Shown in pieces: positions 19,994-29,123 of a stretch of DNA of 64,000 nucleotides (position 1 is its first letter; each line of letters begins with the position of its first letter). Origin of the DNA: Halobacteriovoraceae bacterium (GTDB taxonomy: Bacteria; Bdellovibrionota; Bacteriovoracia; Bacteriovoracales; Bacteriovoracaceae); assembly GCA_963719505.1 (NCBI GenBank), contig CAVRCF010000001.1, positions 1,152,001 through 1,216,000 on the forward strand, read 5' to 3'. The position numbers and the translations under genes were made by a program. Below the pieces are notes generated by a model, which saw nothing but the letters and a program-made list of their open reading frames with translations, was not told the origin of the DNA and searched no databases.

Positions 19994-20692
19994 ATGAAGA
20001 CATATACAATTAGAGATTATGAGTTCGAAGAAGGGCTCTATAAGGCAGATTTCCTTAGAGTTGTCTTAAACGGTGGTCAGGATATAAAAGAAGGTACTGA
20101 TGAGTACAAAGAGCTTATTAAGAATGGGATGAACCTTCACAGAGCAGTTGGTCAGCATAGCGATTATCTACACAAACTTAGAAGAGGTTTTTACTATATC
20201 GGTCCCAAGAATAAAGCTCAGAGAAAAACATTTGATTGGGAGATCATCCACGAGTTTTATCCAGATTTTGTTGTTTCTAGAATCCATGCTTTATATCTCT
20301 GAAAGCTCATTGATAAAGAAGATATTGATCAAGATTCAATTTCTCTAGACTATTCCAGTGAATCGAAAAGAAATACGGGTAAAGAGTTAGATATCAAGTT
20401 GTTAGTTGATGAGCGCTTTAAGCCATACATGTACGACATATATAAATTCAAAAATGGAGCCCAGGTTAAGTGCTACACAAAAGAGAGAGCTCTAATTGAT
20501 GCATTTCTAATAGGGAATAAAGACAATCGAAATATCTACTTTAAGGCTATCAGTCGCTATTTCAAGTCAGAAGGCTTCTCTCCTGAGGTTCTCGAACGGT
20601 TTTCTAAGCTTAAGAAAGTCTTTAAGAGAGAATGCAAGGATATCATTGGCAAATTAGAGCATTTAAACTTTCTGAAGAAGAATAAGCTCTAA
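19994..20692 (+). pseudogene. Second AbiEi-like gene interrupted by in-frame TGA at 20300-20302
   Basis: ORFs 19994-20302 and 20399-20692 share one frame with no other stop; LHKLRRGFY, VVSRIHALYL*KL, YTKERALID align with the 19102 paralog. Confidence 0.75.
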
Positions 20693-20778
20693 AGACTTAT
20701 ACCTAGTTTTTCTTTAGCTTACTAATACTATTGCTAAACATGCTTCACAGGAGAGCTTGGTAGAGTAGGTATCTCCTA

Positions 20779-21393
20779 TTAAGACGATTTCCTCAAAAAC
20801 AGTTCTCTCATGGTTTTCTTTTCGTCGACATGAGAATAATTCTGGACCATTTTTAAACTCATCTTTAAAGTTTGAGCTATCTGTAAATCTGATAGATTCG
20901 AATTCAGAAGAAGTGAAACGTTACTATGTCTGAGACTATGTAGATCTAGGTCATCGCCTAGGTCTTTCCTTATACATCTGTAACAGAGGTTTCTAGAGAT
21001 TCGGCCATCTTTATTCTTGAAGATAAACTCCTGAGGTTTAAGCCTCTTAAAGATTCTTTCCAGTAAAGGGTTTATAGATGGATCAATAGTAATATATCTC
21101 TCAGTATCAAAGTCCTTTTTCTTCTTTAGAACCTTCATCTTTGCTGTGTAGAACCCATCCTCTAAAACGAAGTCTTTCTTCTTTAAAGATAGGGATTCAG
21201 AGATTCGTGCCCCTGAGCAGTAGATAACTGAATAAAGAAGCCTAAAAATTTCATCGATTTCCTCGTCTTGAATAAGAGTATCTAAGAAAGCACTCAGCTT
21301 AGAATCTTTGACAACACAGACCTTTTTACCTTTAGAAGAGGTTGCTCTAACGGATTCGTAGAAAAAGTCTTTATATCTGTCATTAATTTCCAT
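20779..21393 (-). CDS. Small tyrosine recombinase (catalytic domain only)
   Basis: GARISESLSL, HSLRH, C-terminal Y (VQNYSH); AGGAG RBS. Confidence 0.88.
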   Translation of the reverse strand: MEINDRYKDFFYESVRATSSKGKKVCVVKDSKLSAFLDTLIQDEEIDEIFRLLYSVIYCSGARISESLSLKKKDFVLEDGFYTAKMKVLKKKKDFDTERYITIDPSINPLLERIFKRLKPQEFIFKNKDGRISRNLCYRCIRKDLGDDLDLHSLRHSNVSLLLNSNLSDLQIAQTLKMSLKMVQNYSHVDEKKTMRELFLRKSS

Positions 21394-21576
21394 TGATTGC
21401 TCCTATGTCTGAATAAAGAATATCACGTATTGACGCGGCACGCAACAAAATACTCCATATTGTTGCATCGTCTATGAAAAACTTAGTTAAATCGGTAGTT
21501 TAGATGGTTTCAGTCTATTAAAGTTCTCCACAGCTATTTCGATAACTTACAACTGTGGAGGATTGAACTAATAAGA

Positions 21577-21855
21577 TTATTCGTTTAAGGCAAGGTTTTC
21601 TAAATCTCTCTGAACATATTCTAGATTTTGCTCAGCTATTTCGAATGTAATAGTATTTTCTAACTCTCTCTCTATAGATTCTCTCAAACTCGGTCCAACT
21701 TTTCCGCTCTCGTATTCTTTTTGATAATAAGCTTCTTTATCGAACTCACTCATAGTAAAGTGCTTGTATTCAGCAAGTGTTTCTATATACTGCTCAACTA
21801 CTTTGTTTTCGTACCTGTCTCTTTTAATATTTTCATACTCTTGCATATCCAACAA
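21577..21855 (-). CDS. Hypothetical acidic protein
   Basis: ORF overlapping the upstream gene end. Confidence 0.55.
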   Translation of the reverse strand: MLDMQEYENIKRDRYENKVVEQYIETLAEYKHFTMSEFDKEAYYQKEYESGKVGPSLRESIERELENTITFEIAEQNLEYVQRDLENLALNE

Positions 21856-22519
21856 ATCTCTTGAATTGTCGAAAAACTCTTTCGAGTAACGGCTCTGTTT
21901 CTATGTTTTCAGCTACAACATTATAAAACACATCCCTATTTCGTTCGTCGTCAATCACTCTCAACATCTCTCGGCCAATATCCGTGAAATTTTCTCTGAC
22001 TACTTTGTCTTCATTCGCTAGAAGCTTAAGGGCTTCTACTATCTTTGGTTCTAGTTTTTTCGAAAAGGGATTGTAAACGGCGTACTCATTGACTAGCGCT
22101 TCAGACAAAAGCGAAAAGTTGTTTAAAATAAATTTGAAGGATTTTATATCTAGGCTTTTTAGTTTGTGAAGAAGGGTTGGGTGCCTTTCTTTAAGGAGCT
22201 TTGAAAATTTCTCCAGATTCTTTTTTGAGAGAGGAAGCATAGAGACAATACTGTCGAAAAGCTTGTTAGTGATGTCATTTACGAATGTTTCTTCTTCAAT
22301 TTTTTTAGCTGTCTTCTTTTTATCTTTAGCTTTAGTTTTAGCTTTTTTATTAAGCTTCTTGCTAGTTTTTTTACTATCTATAACTTCTTTCTTAGTTATC
22401 TGTGTATTTCCAGATTTATCATTGAAATGGTAGTATGCTCCACCAAAACAAAGAACGGTAACGATTAAAGAAATTCCAATTGCTCCAATTATAATACTAA
22501 TTATTATTCTTAACATCAT
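21833..22519 (-). CDS. Membrane-anchored protein with Lys-rich linker
   Basis: N-terminal TM helix, KKAKTKAKDKKK linker, AAGGAG RBS. Confidence 0.7.
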   Translation of the reverse strand: MMLRIIISIIIGAIGISLIVTVLCFGGAYYHFNDKSGNTQITKKEVIDSKKTSKKLNKKAKTKAKDKKKTAKKIEEETFVNDITNKLFDSIVSMLPLSKKNLEKFSKLLKERHPTLLHKLKSLDIKSFKFILNNFSLLSEALVNEYAVYNPFSKKLEPKIVEALKLLANEDKVVRENFTDIGREMLRVIDDERNRDVFYNVVAENIETEPLLERVFRQFKRFVGYARV

Positions 22520-22593
22520 CCTTCTCCTTGTTGTTTTTCATTTAATATACCTTTCCTGCTTATCTACTTACTCTCTTGTTGTGTTTTCAAATC

Positions 22594-23781
22594 CTAAAAC
22601 TTAGAGATCAGCTGAGCTGTTCCATTTGGATAGATAATTACAATTGAAACCGTCCAAGAAGATGCCCCGCCCCTGGCATAGTTTTGCTTCGAGATATCAG
22701 TTAAATGACCTACGGAGAAGTTCTCTCCTGAATATCCCCCAGCGTGATTATGACCTGTACACGATTTTGGTATGTATTTCTCAGCTGATCTATAATTAAA
22801 GCGAGCCCCGTTACTGCCTTTGTGACCATGGAGACTCATTTCGAACCCACACTCTTGAACCGGAGTATCATCCATAAAATTAATGTTTCTGTTTATTTTA
22901 TGGTATTTTTTCAGTGCTATTTCTATAGTAGGAACTGACTGATTAAGAGATAATGTATTTCTCATAAGTTCTGCTTTTAACTCATGAAGAATAATTTTAT
23001 CAATTTCTGCCGCCTTTCTAAACTTCTCGTCGTCTTTTAGAAAGCGATCTAAAAAGTCATCATGATTTGACTCAACGATATTGAGTGTTTTAAATTTAGA
23101 AGAAATCTTATTAAGAGTTTTGGCTAGGGAAGCAAGTTCTTTTTCTAATGAAACCCCATAAGCTATCTTATTTGTTATATACATAGAGGAGTTAACCTCG
23201 TGCGGGTTTAAACTGATGCCGTCGAAGACATCTCCAACATAAATATTCTTAACTCCTACTTTTTGAGCGTAGTTAGTTGCCCAAGCTAACGATTTCTTAT
23301 CATGAGTAAATTCGTGTAGATCTCCGAACAGACAAGCTTTTGCGTTGCCTTTTTTCCATCCATTCTTTGTAAATAATATTCCGTTATCATAGACTTTATT
23401 GTCTCTTTGAGTGAGATTTCTGATTTCAAACTTAGTATCGTTTTTAACCGAGACTAATAGGGCATATGGCCCAACACCTAAACCAACCATAGCTCTTGTC
23501 GATCTGTTTACTGTCGGTATATGACTTAAGTAGTTCTTATTAGATGACATATAGATAGCGCTGGACCCTTGAGATGCTCTACAGGCAGCCATTTCGCTGA
23601 TCTGAGCACAAGGAAAGACAACAAGATTCTTATTAAACTCTATAGTTACGTACTTATTCTTATTGTTCTTAACAAGTAAGCAGAGCTTAGCCTTATATCT
23701 CTTCTTGATCTGAGCTAAAATCTCAGAACTAAATTCACCAAGGTTCTCTTCTCGAATAATAATATAGTTGGTTGCCTTCAT
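22594..23781 (-). CDS. Calcineurin-like metallophosphoesterase, phage T5 A1-like
   Basis: GDLH, GDVFD, SNHD, HGHKGSNGAR, GHNH, Y..G.SSW...IIYPNG. Confidence 0.75.
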   Translation of the reverse strand: MKATNYIIIREENLGEFSSEILAQIKKRYKAKLCLLVKNNKNKYVTIEFNKNLVVFPCAQISEMAACRASQGSSAIYMSSNKNYLSHIPTVNRSTRAMVGLGVGPYALLVSVKNDTKFEIRNLTQRDNKVYDNGILFTKNGWKKGNAKACLFGDLHEFTHDKKSLAWATNYAQKVGVKNIYVGDVFDGISLNPHEVNSSMYITNKIAYGVSLEKELASLAKTLNKISSKFKTLNIVESNHDDFLDRFLKDDEKFRKAAEIDKIILHELKAELMRNTLSLNQSVPTIEIALKKYHKINRNINFMDDTPVQECGFEMSLHGHKGSNGARFNYRSAEKYIPKSCTGHNHAGGYSGENFSVGHLTDISKQNYARGGASSWTVSIVIIYPNGTAQLISKF

Positions 23782-23790
23782 AGCTCCCCC

Positions 23791-24321
23791 TTAAGCCGCC
23801 AGCTTCGTTGATGCTTTTTTTTGTTTCTTGTTCTCTCTTGCTCTTTTATTATTTTCTGCACTTGTGACAACTTCCAAGTTCTCGGCTCTATTATCTGACC
23901 TAATCTTATTACCGTGATCAACTTGGCATTTGGTGCCCAAAATTAGACCAGTAAAGCATTCGATCATTAATCTATGCACATACATGTTATTCGATTTTCC
24001 TTTACCGATTCCATGGGTAATGTAGCGATATTCATTAGGCTTAGCGGTTAGCTTTCTCTTTTTCCTGGGACCAAATACTTCACCTTTGATATTTATCGAG
24101 AGTGGCAAGTATGGGTGAGCTATCAATTTCTCTTTGAAATTCTTCTTTTTAAACGCCTTAGCCTTAGCAATAGCTTCTTTGAATTTCTTATTGACTAAAT
24201 CAATCTTCTCGACGCCAATCGGTGTCATCGTCTGAGCTTTGATCTTTCTGTCGTTCATCATTTTTTGTGTTTGTGTCATTTTCTTTGCTTTTGCTTTCAT
24301 CTTCTTTGCTTTTGTTTTCAT
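23791..24321 (-). CDS. HNH endonuclease (homing-type) with Lys-rich N-terminus
   Basis: YVHRLMIECF, VDHGNKIRSDNRAENLEVVTSAENN. Confidence 0.88.
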   Translation of the reverse strand: MKTKAKKMKAKAKKMTQTQKMMNDRKIKAQTMTPIGVEKIDLVNKKFKEAIAKAKAFKKKNFKEKLIAHPYLPLSINIKGEVFGPRKKRKLTAKPNEYRYITHGIGKGKSNNMYVHRLMIECFTGLILGTKCQVDHGNKIRSDNRAENLEVVTSAENNKRARENKKQKKASTKLAA

Positions 24322-24549
24322 CTCGCCTCCCAGGCTATTACGTTCTTTAGAGCATTTGCCCGTTCTGGAAAGTAATATACCTTTGTTGAAAAAAAGTGCT
24401 TTTTTAGGGGGTTTAGAATCGAACCATTTGTTACAAACTGTTGTTTTTGTTGGTTTTTTACTGCTTTCGCCATTTTGAGGGTGATTTAAAATAAAACGAA
24501 AGGGAGCTATTTTTTTTTGAGAGGTATATTGTTAAAAACGGACCAAGCG

Positions 24550-24675
24550 ATGGAGCTAATTGTGTTTAAAAGAGAGCCTAGTATTTTAGAGAAGACGATA
24601 GAATCAACAATCGATGTCTTTGTCGTTGGATTTAAAGCTACTCTGTATTTAATAATTCAAATGCTAAGAGAATAA
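24550..24675 (+). CDS. Putative 41-aa peptide
   Basis: MELIVFKREP...QMLRE, just after a promoter-like motif; weak RBS. Confidence 0.4.
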   Translation: MELIVFKREPSILEKTIESTIDVFVVGFKATLYLIIQMLRE

Positions 24676-24698
24676 ATTAAATCACTTCGGAGAGACTC

Positions 24699-24827
24699 AT
24701 GGAAAATAATGAATTTACAATATCTAAGATATGTTTTTTGACCATAGTTTCAGGATTATTCCTTGGAATTCTGGTCACTTATTGGTCTGTTAACGAGATT
24801 ATTCTAGTTATCGAATCACTCCGCTAG
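24699..24827 (+). CDS. 42-aa single-TM peptide
   Basis: GGAGAG RBS; MENNEFTISKICFLTIVSGLFLGILVTYWSV... Confidence 0.6.
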   Translation: MENNEFTISKICFLTIVSGLFLGILVTYWSVNEIILVIESLR

Positions 24828-24893
24828 ACCAAGCGAGGCCCTCTTGAATCTAAAAGGTATATTAAGCAAAACAACAACAACAAGGAGAGGATA

Positions 24894-25388
24894 ATGGAGA
24901 AAGAATTCAACACTACTGTAGAAGACAAGTTTAGAGACGCTCAAAACCTGTTTAAGCAACAACTAAGGAGTAACAACAAGGCTGAGAAAGCTATTGGTCT
25001 AGTATTTTTCTCCCTAACTACTTCGTGGACTCTAGTCCTTATTCATAGCTATCTCTTTTCTACTTATTTCGATAAAAGCTTTAAGGATCTTTATATTCTA
25101 ACTGTTTTCATCTCCATACTTTTTTCTGGAGGCTTGGATTATTCCCTATTTGCTCTCTTCAGATTTACAACGAGCAAAGTGGTATTAATCGTCAATATCG
25201 TACTTTTCTCATATCTATATTATGTAGTTGGAACTCATTCGCTTTTAATTGGACTGGCTATCAACATTGCTCTTCTGTTTTATAGATTCTTAGCACCCAG
25301 TAAGTACTTGATGTTCAGTAATGAATTTATAGATGAGCAGCAAGCTAACCTTAATATCAAATCAACAGATTTATGTAAAAGACACTAG
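24894..25388 (+). CDS. Multi-pass membrane protein
   Basis: About four TM segments, AAGGAGAGG RBS. Confidence 0.75.
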   Translation: MEKEFNTTVEDKFRDAQNLFKQQLRSNNKAEKAIGLVFFSLTTSWTLVLIHSYLFSTYFDKSFKDLYILTVFISILFSGGLDYSLFALFRFTTSKVVLIVNIVLFSYLYYVVGTHSLLIGLAINIALLFYRFLAPSKYLMFSNEFIDEQQANLNIKSTDLCKRH

Positions 25389-25397
25389 GAGGTCATA

Positions 25398-25868
25398 ATG
25401 CATCTTAATAAATTAATATCAGCACAACGATTAGCGGCATCAGAGCAAAATAGCTTTCCGGCTACAGTATCTCCTAAGGCTGATTACGTAATTAAATTTT
25501 TGTTTGCTGTTTTGCTATATCCTCTTTATTTACTATTCAAAGTTAAAGAGAGTATTTTAAATTCTTTTAAAAATAGAAGAACCACCAAGGTATGGGATGA
25601 CGAAGATCAAGAGTTTAAAAACACTCAAGCCGCCAGTGAAACTATCGCCTACGATACAAACCTTCTTCATAGCATAAGAATTATCTTTTCTTCTTTTATG
25701 ATGATTGATGATGATAACAAAGAAAGAAGGTTTTATCACCAATACTACAACGTCACCGAGCTAATCGCTTATGTATCATCACTATATAGACATGTGGACT
25801 ATATTTTACTTTGCGTGTTTTATACAGGGTTCTTGGTAAGATTCATGAAATTCGTATTGGAGTCGTAA
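25398..25868 (+). CDS. Membrane protein
   Basis: AGGAGG RBS, two hydrophobic segments, TAATG coupling to the next gene. Confidence 0.7.
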   Translation: MHLNKLISAQRLAASEQNSFPATVSPKADYVIKFLFAVLLYPLYLLFKVKESILNSFKNRRTTKVWDDEDQEFKNTQAASETIAYDTNLLHSIRIIFSSFMMIDDDNKERRFYHQYYNVTELIAYVSSLYRHVDYILLCVFYTGFLVRFMKFVLES

Positions 25869-28465
25869 TGGAAGATAAATATATGTATTTAATTATTGCC
25901 GTTTGCCTTTTATTTGTAATCCCGGTAATAAAGTTACTTGGTTGGCTTTTAAGTAAGATTATTCGTGTTAATCCAATTCATGATAAGAATTATTATGACA
26001 AGATTAATAGAGAGAATAATAACGGGGGAGAGACTCCATATGGGGAGTTACTTACCTTAAGAGATCTTACTGTTATACAAAAGACTCGAAAGGTTTATAA
26101 CTATACAGATAATCTTGGATACCAAAGAAGAGAAGAGAGGGAGATTGAAGAGACTATTTATCCATCTGTTAAGAAGATAAAAAATGGTGTCCAAATCCAT
26201 TTCAGCGAAGAGTTAAGGAATACTGAGTTTACAAAAGATAGCTATACTCGATATATCGCTGATGTTTTTAACCAGAATTCTGTTACTGAGACTAAGAAGC
26301 TCCTAATGGTGAGAACTCCAAATCCATATATTGTTAATTACTTCCAAGTACATCCAGTTAATTACATGTTTAAGACGCCAATTGATGAGGATAGTGAGTT
26401 TAAAGCCAAACTCGATAAAGTATTAGATAAAGACAGCGCAGAACTTCTATTTGGAGAACCTCAAGTTGAATTAAACGTTCCGGATCAGATAGTTTGGCCA
26501 TTAACAGCTTCTCCTCATGTATTAGTTGCTGGTCAGACAAGATCCGGTAAGACTAAGACTATACTTAGTTTTATAACTCAAATTGCTACTGTCTATCCAG
26601 AGTCTAAATTTTTCTTCGCTGATGGTAAGAGTTCACCTGACTATGATCATTCTGCGGAATTTTTATCATCTCTACCTGTAGCAAAACCCCACCATAGTGA
26701 AGATCCATTAGTGAATCTCGCTTACATGGTTGATAAGGTGTGGGCAGAATATGAGAATCGTAAGAGATTATTTGAAGAACTAGCAGTTAAAGGAAATTCA
26801 TGTAGTACCTATATTGAGTATAATAATTATGTAGATGAAAAGCTCCCTCGTGTGTTTTTATTTATTGATGAATTTGCAGCGTTTTGTTTACTTGCCCCAG
26901 ATAAGGTAGCCTCTCTATTAACAGTCAAAGGTACTCTATTTAACAAGATTAGAAGATTGCTCGCAGAATCGGCTTCATATGGGTTTAGTATTATAATAGC
27001 TTCTCAAAGGGTACAAAATACGGATTTCCCAACTGCAATTCGTGATAATCTAACTACGTGGCTTATCCATTCAGTAAATGAGAAAGCTGCTGAATTTCTT
27101 GATCTTAAAGGGAAGGTGGGGAAACTTAAGCCTGGAGCGTTCATATTGAAGATACAAGGTTTAAGGTGTGAAAACTCTGGCGAAGCTAATATCGAATCAA
27201 GATTGCCTTATGTCGGTAACGAGCCTCAAAAGGTTAAGACCTTAAAGAAGGATATAGTTAAAGAATCTTTTGATGAAGATTACATTTATACTACTGGACT
27301 TGATACTGATTATTCCAAGCTTCCTCCTAATTCATTAAAGAAATATGTAAAGAACCTATTTTGTGTAAGAGAAGGTTTTGAAGTTATCAAGAATGAAGAT
27401 GCTGAACATGATCACCTTTCTCTGTTTGTTAAGAAAGGTAATAAGCAATATGCAATTGGTTTCGTTGAAGTAGATGAGCTTATAGATGAAACATTCTATA
27501 CTCGTTTAAATCGATTTCTTTCAGATGAAGAGAAGCTAATGCAGAAGATTTTTTTTGTAAGAGGTAATATTACCTCAAAAGCTAAAGAAACAAATATCTC
27601 TGAACTAGTTGATATGAACGGTGATATCGCCCTAATACAGCAGGATTATGTGCGTAGGCTTAAGAAGGCTAAGAAGCTGTATGATGATGGGGATAGTGAA
27701 GAGATCTTCTCTGCATTACTTGTTGGTATCAAAGCAGATGAGAAGAAAGAAGCTCTTTTAATCGACAAGAAGGATGCTGAGCTAGGAAGTGTTGAGATCT
27801 CTATTAACGAATTAGAAAGGATCAATAATCTCTCAGGATCTTCTGATGCCCAAAAGATAGCTAAAGGGGAGCAGTTTGAGAGATTCGTTCACGCTCTATT
27901 TAGACAAATTGGTTGGACTACATACACCCCAGAACTGCTATTCGCTAAGAGGATCTATAAAAGACCTGGCGATGTTGGGGATTTAGGGCTGGATATGTTA
28001 TTAGCTAAAACAGATACGGATCTCAGAGAACTATCGCAAGAAGAAGCTGATAATAGAGTTGCTGTACAGATCAAGAATTGGAACTCAGCAATTCCGGCAA
28101 AGGTTCTTGGTGAAGTATTGAGATCCTACCACAATTTTAAATGTCTCAAGAATGGAACTCCTATCAAAAAAGGGATGGTTGTCTCAACGTCCACATACAC
28201 CCAATATACAAAGTTAGAGGCTTCAAATCAAGGAATAGAGCTCATAGGATACAATGACCTAAGAAAGCTCGTTATAGACGCTGTGAGGGACGCTCAGAGC
28301 GCAGGAGAAGCACATCAGGCTATCCCTTTTGCTGAGATGGATAGAGATGAGCAAATCCTTCATTTAAACGAGCAAGGACTAAGTTTGAGAGATATCGCTA
28401 CTAGAGTAGGGGTTAAGTCTCCATCTACTGTTAGGAACGTATTGAAAAAAGCGGAGGCTGCATGA
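25868..28465 (+). CDS. FtsK/SpoIIIE-family ATPase fused to Mrr-like restriction endonuclease and C-terminal HTH
   Basis: N-terminal TM; PHVLVAGQTRSGKT Walker A; FIDEF Walker B; ASQR; GEQFE...GDLGLD...AVQIK; GLSLRDIATRVGVKSPSTV. Confidence 0.88.
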   Translation: MEDKYMYLIIAVCLLFVIPVIKLLGWLLSKIIRVNPIHDKNYYDKINRENNNGGETPYGELLTLRDLTVIQKTRKVYNYTDNLGYQRREEREIEETIYPSVKKIKNGVQIHFSEELRNTEFTKDSYTRYIADVFNQNSVTETKKLLMVRTPNPYIVNYFQVHPVNYMFKTPIDEDSEFKAKLDKVLDKDSAELLFGEPQVELNVPDQIVWPLTASPHVLVAGQTRSGKTKTILSFITQIATVYPESKFFFADGKSSPDYDHSAEFLSSLPVAKPHHSEDPLVNLAYMVDKVWAEYENRKRLFEELAVKGNSCSTYIEYNNYVDEKLPRVFLFIDEFAAFCLLAPDKVASLLTVKGTLFNKIRRLLAESASYGFSIIIASQRVQNTDFPTAIRDNLTTWLIHSVNEKAAEFLDLKGKVGKLKPGAFILKIQGLRCENSGEANIESRLPYVGNEPQKVKTLKKDIVKESFDEDYIYTTGLDTDYSKLPPNSLKKYVKNLFCVREGFEVIKNEDAEHDHLSLFVKKGNKQYAIGFVEVDELIDETFYTRLNRFLSDEEKLMQKIFFVRGNITSKAKETNISELVDMNGDIALIQQDYVRRLKKAKKLYDDGDSEEIFSALLVGIKADEKKEALLIDKKDAELGSVEISINELERINNLSGSSDAQKIAKGEQFERFVHALFRQIGWTTYTPELLFAKRIYKRPGDVGDLGLDMLLAKTDTDLRELSQEEADNRVAVQIKNWNSAIPAKVLGEVLRSYHNFKCLKNGTPIKKGMVVSTSTYTQYTKLEASNQGIELIGYNDLRKLVIDAVRDAQSAGEAHQAIPFAEMDRDEQILHLNEQGLSLRDIATRVGVKSPSTVRNVLKKAEAA

Positions 28466-28875
28466 ACAAATCAGATATAATTGAGAAGATCGAAACTCTT
28501 AAGAGTATGCCTGTTTTTAAGAAAAGGTTCTTGTCTAAAGATGGGTATCTAATTCCCATTAGGCTCACAATCATCAAATCGAACAAGATTAATGCCTGCG
28601 TATACAAACAAGGATCAAGAAGGGATGTCGCCAATATGAACGTTAATTCGTCATATTTTGGTTTAACTGAGAATCAGAAACTTTTCATTATAGCGCATGA
28701 GATGACCCATATTTTACATAGGGACTATTCTTTCATAGGGGCTCATTTACCTATAGTTTCTCGCATTAAAGAGAAAAGGGCAGATATAACAGCCGCCAAA
28801 GTATGTCGAGATATGGGTATTGATATGGGTGAAATTATAGAACTATTTAAGGGGCCACAAAAGAGGAATATTTAG
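28462..28875 (+). CDS. HEXXH zinc metallopeptidase-like protein (ImmA/IrrE/M48-like)
   Basis: FIIAHEMTH...EKRAD; ATGA overlap with the FtsK gene. Confidence 0.75.
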   Translation: MNKSDIIEKIETLKSMPVFKKRFLSKDGYLIPIRLTIIKSNKINACVYKQGSRRDVANMNVNSSYFGLTENQKLFIIAHEMTHILHRDYSFIGAHLPIVSRIKEKRADITAAKVCRDMGIDMGEIIELFKGPQKRNI

Positions 28876-28940
28876 CAGGATAGCTTCGTTTCTTGAGGAC
28901 TCCCATCCATCTCATTATGATCGATTTCAATACCTCAAGG

Positions 28941-29123
28941 TGTTCATTCAAGTGTCCATTTAGCTGTTCATATCTGTCCAATCCAGATTGAACGGCCGTT
29001 CATTTCAAATTCTAAATTGCTGTAATTACATGAGAATGAACACTTAACAGGTGAAATGAACAGGTTTCAGAGAATATTTGTGTGTGACGGAATATATTGA
29101 TAATTATCGATATATTTTGAACA
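28941..29123. repeat. TGT(T/C)CA direct/inverted repeat array
   Basis: Direct copies at 28941, 28953, 28965, 28975; palindrome TGAACGGCCGTTCA at 28989-29002; inverted TGAACA at 29037, 29057, 29118. Confidence 0.65.
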
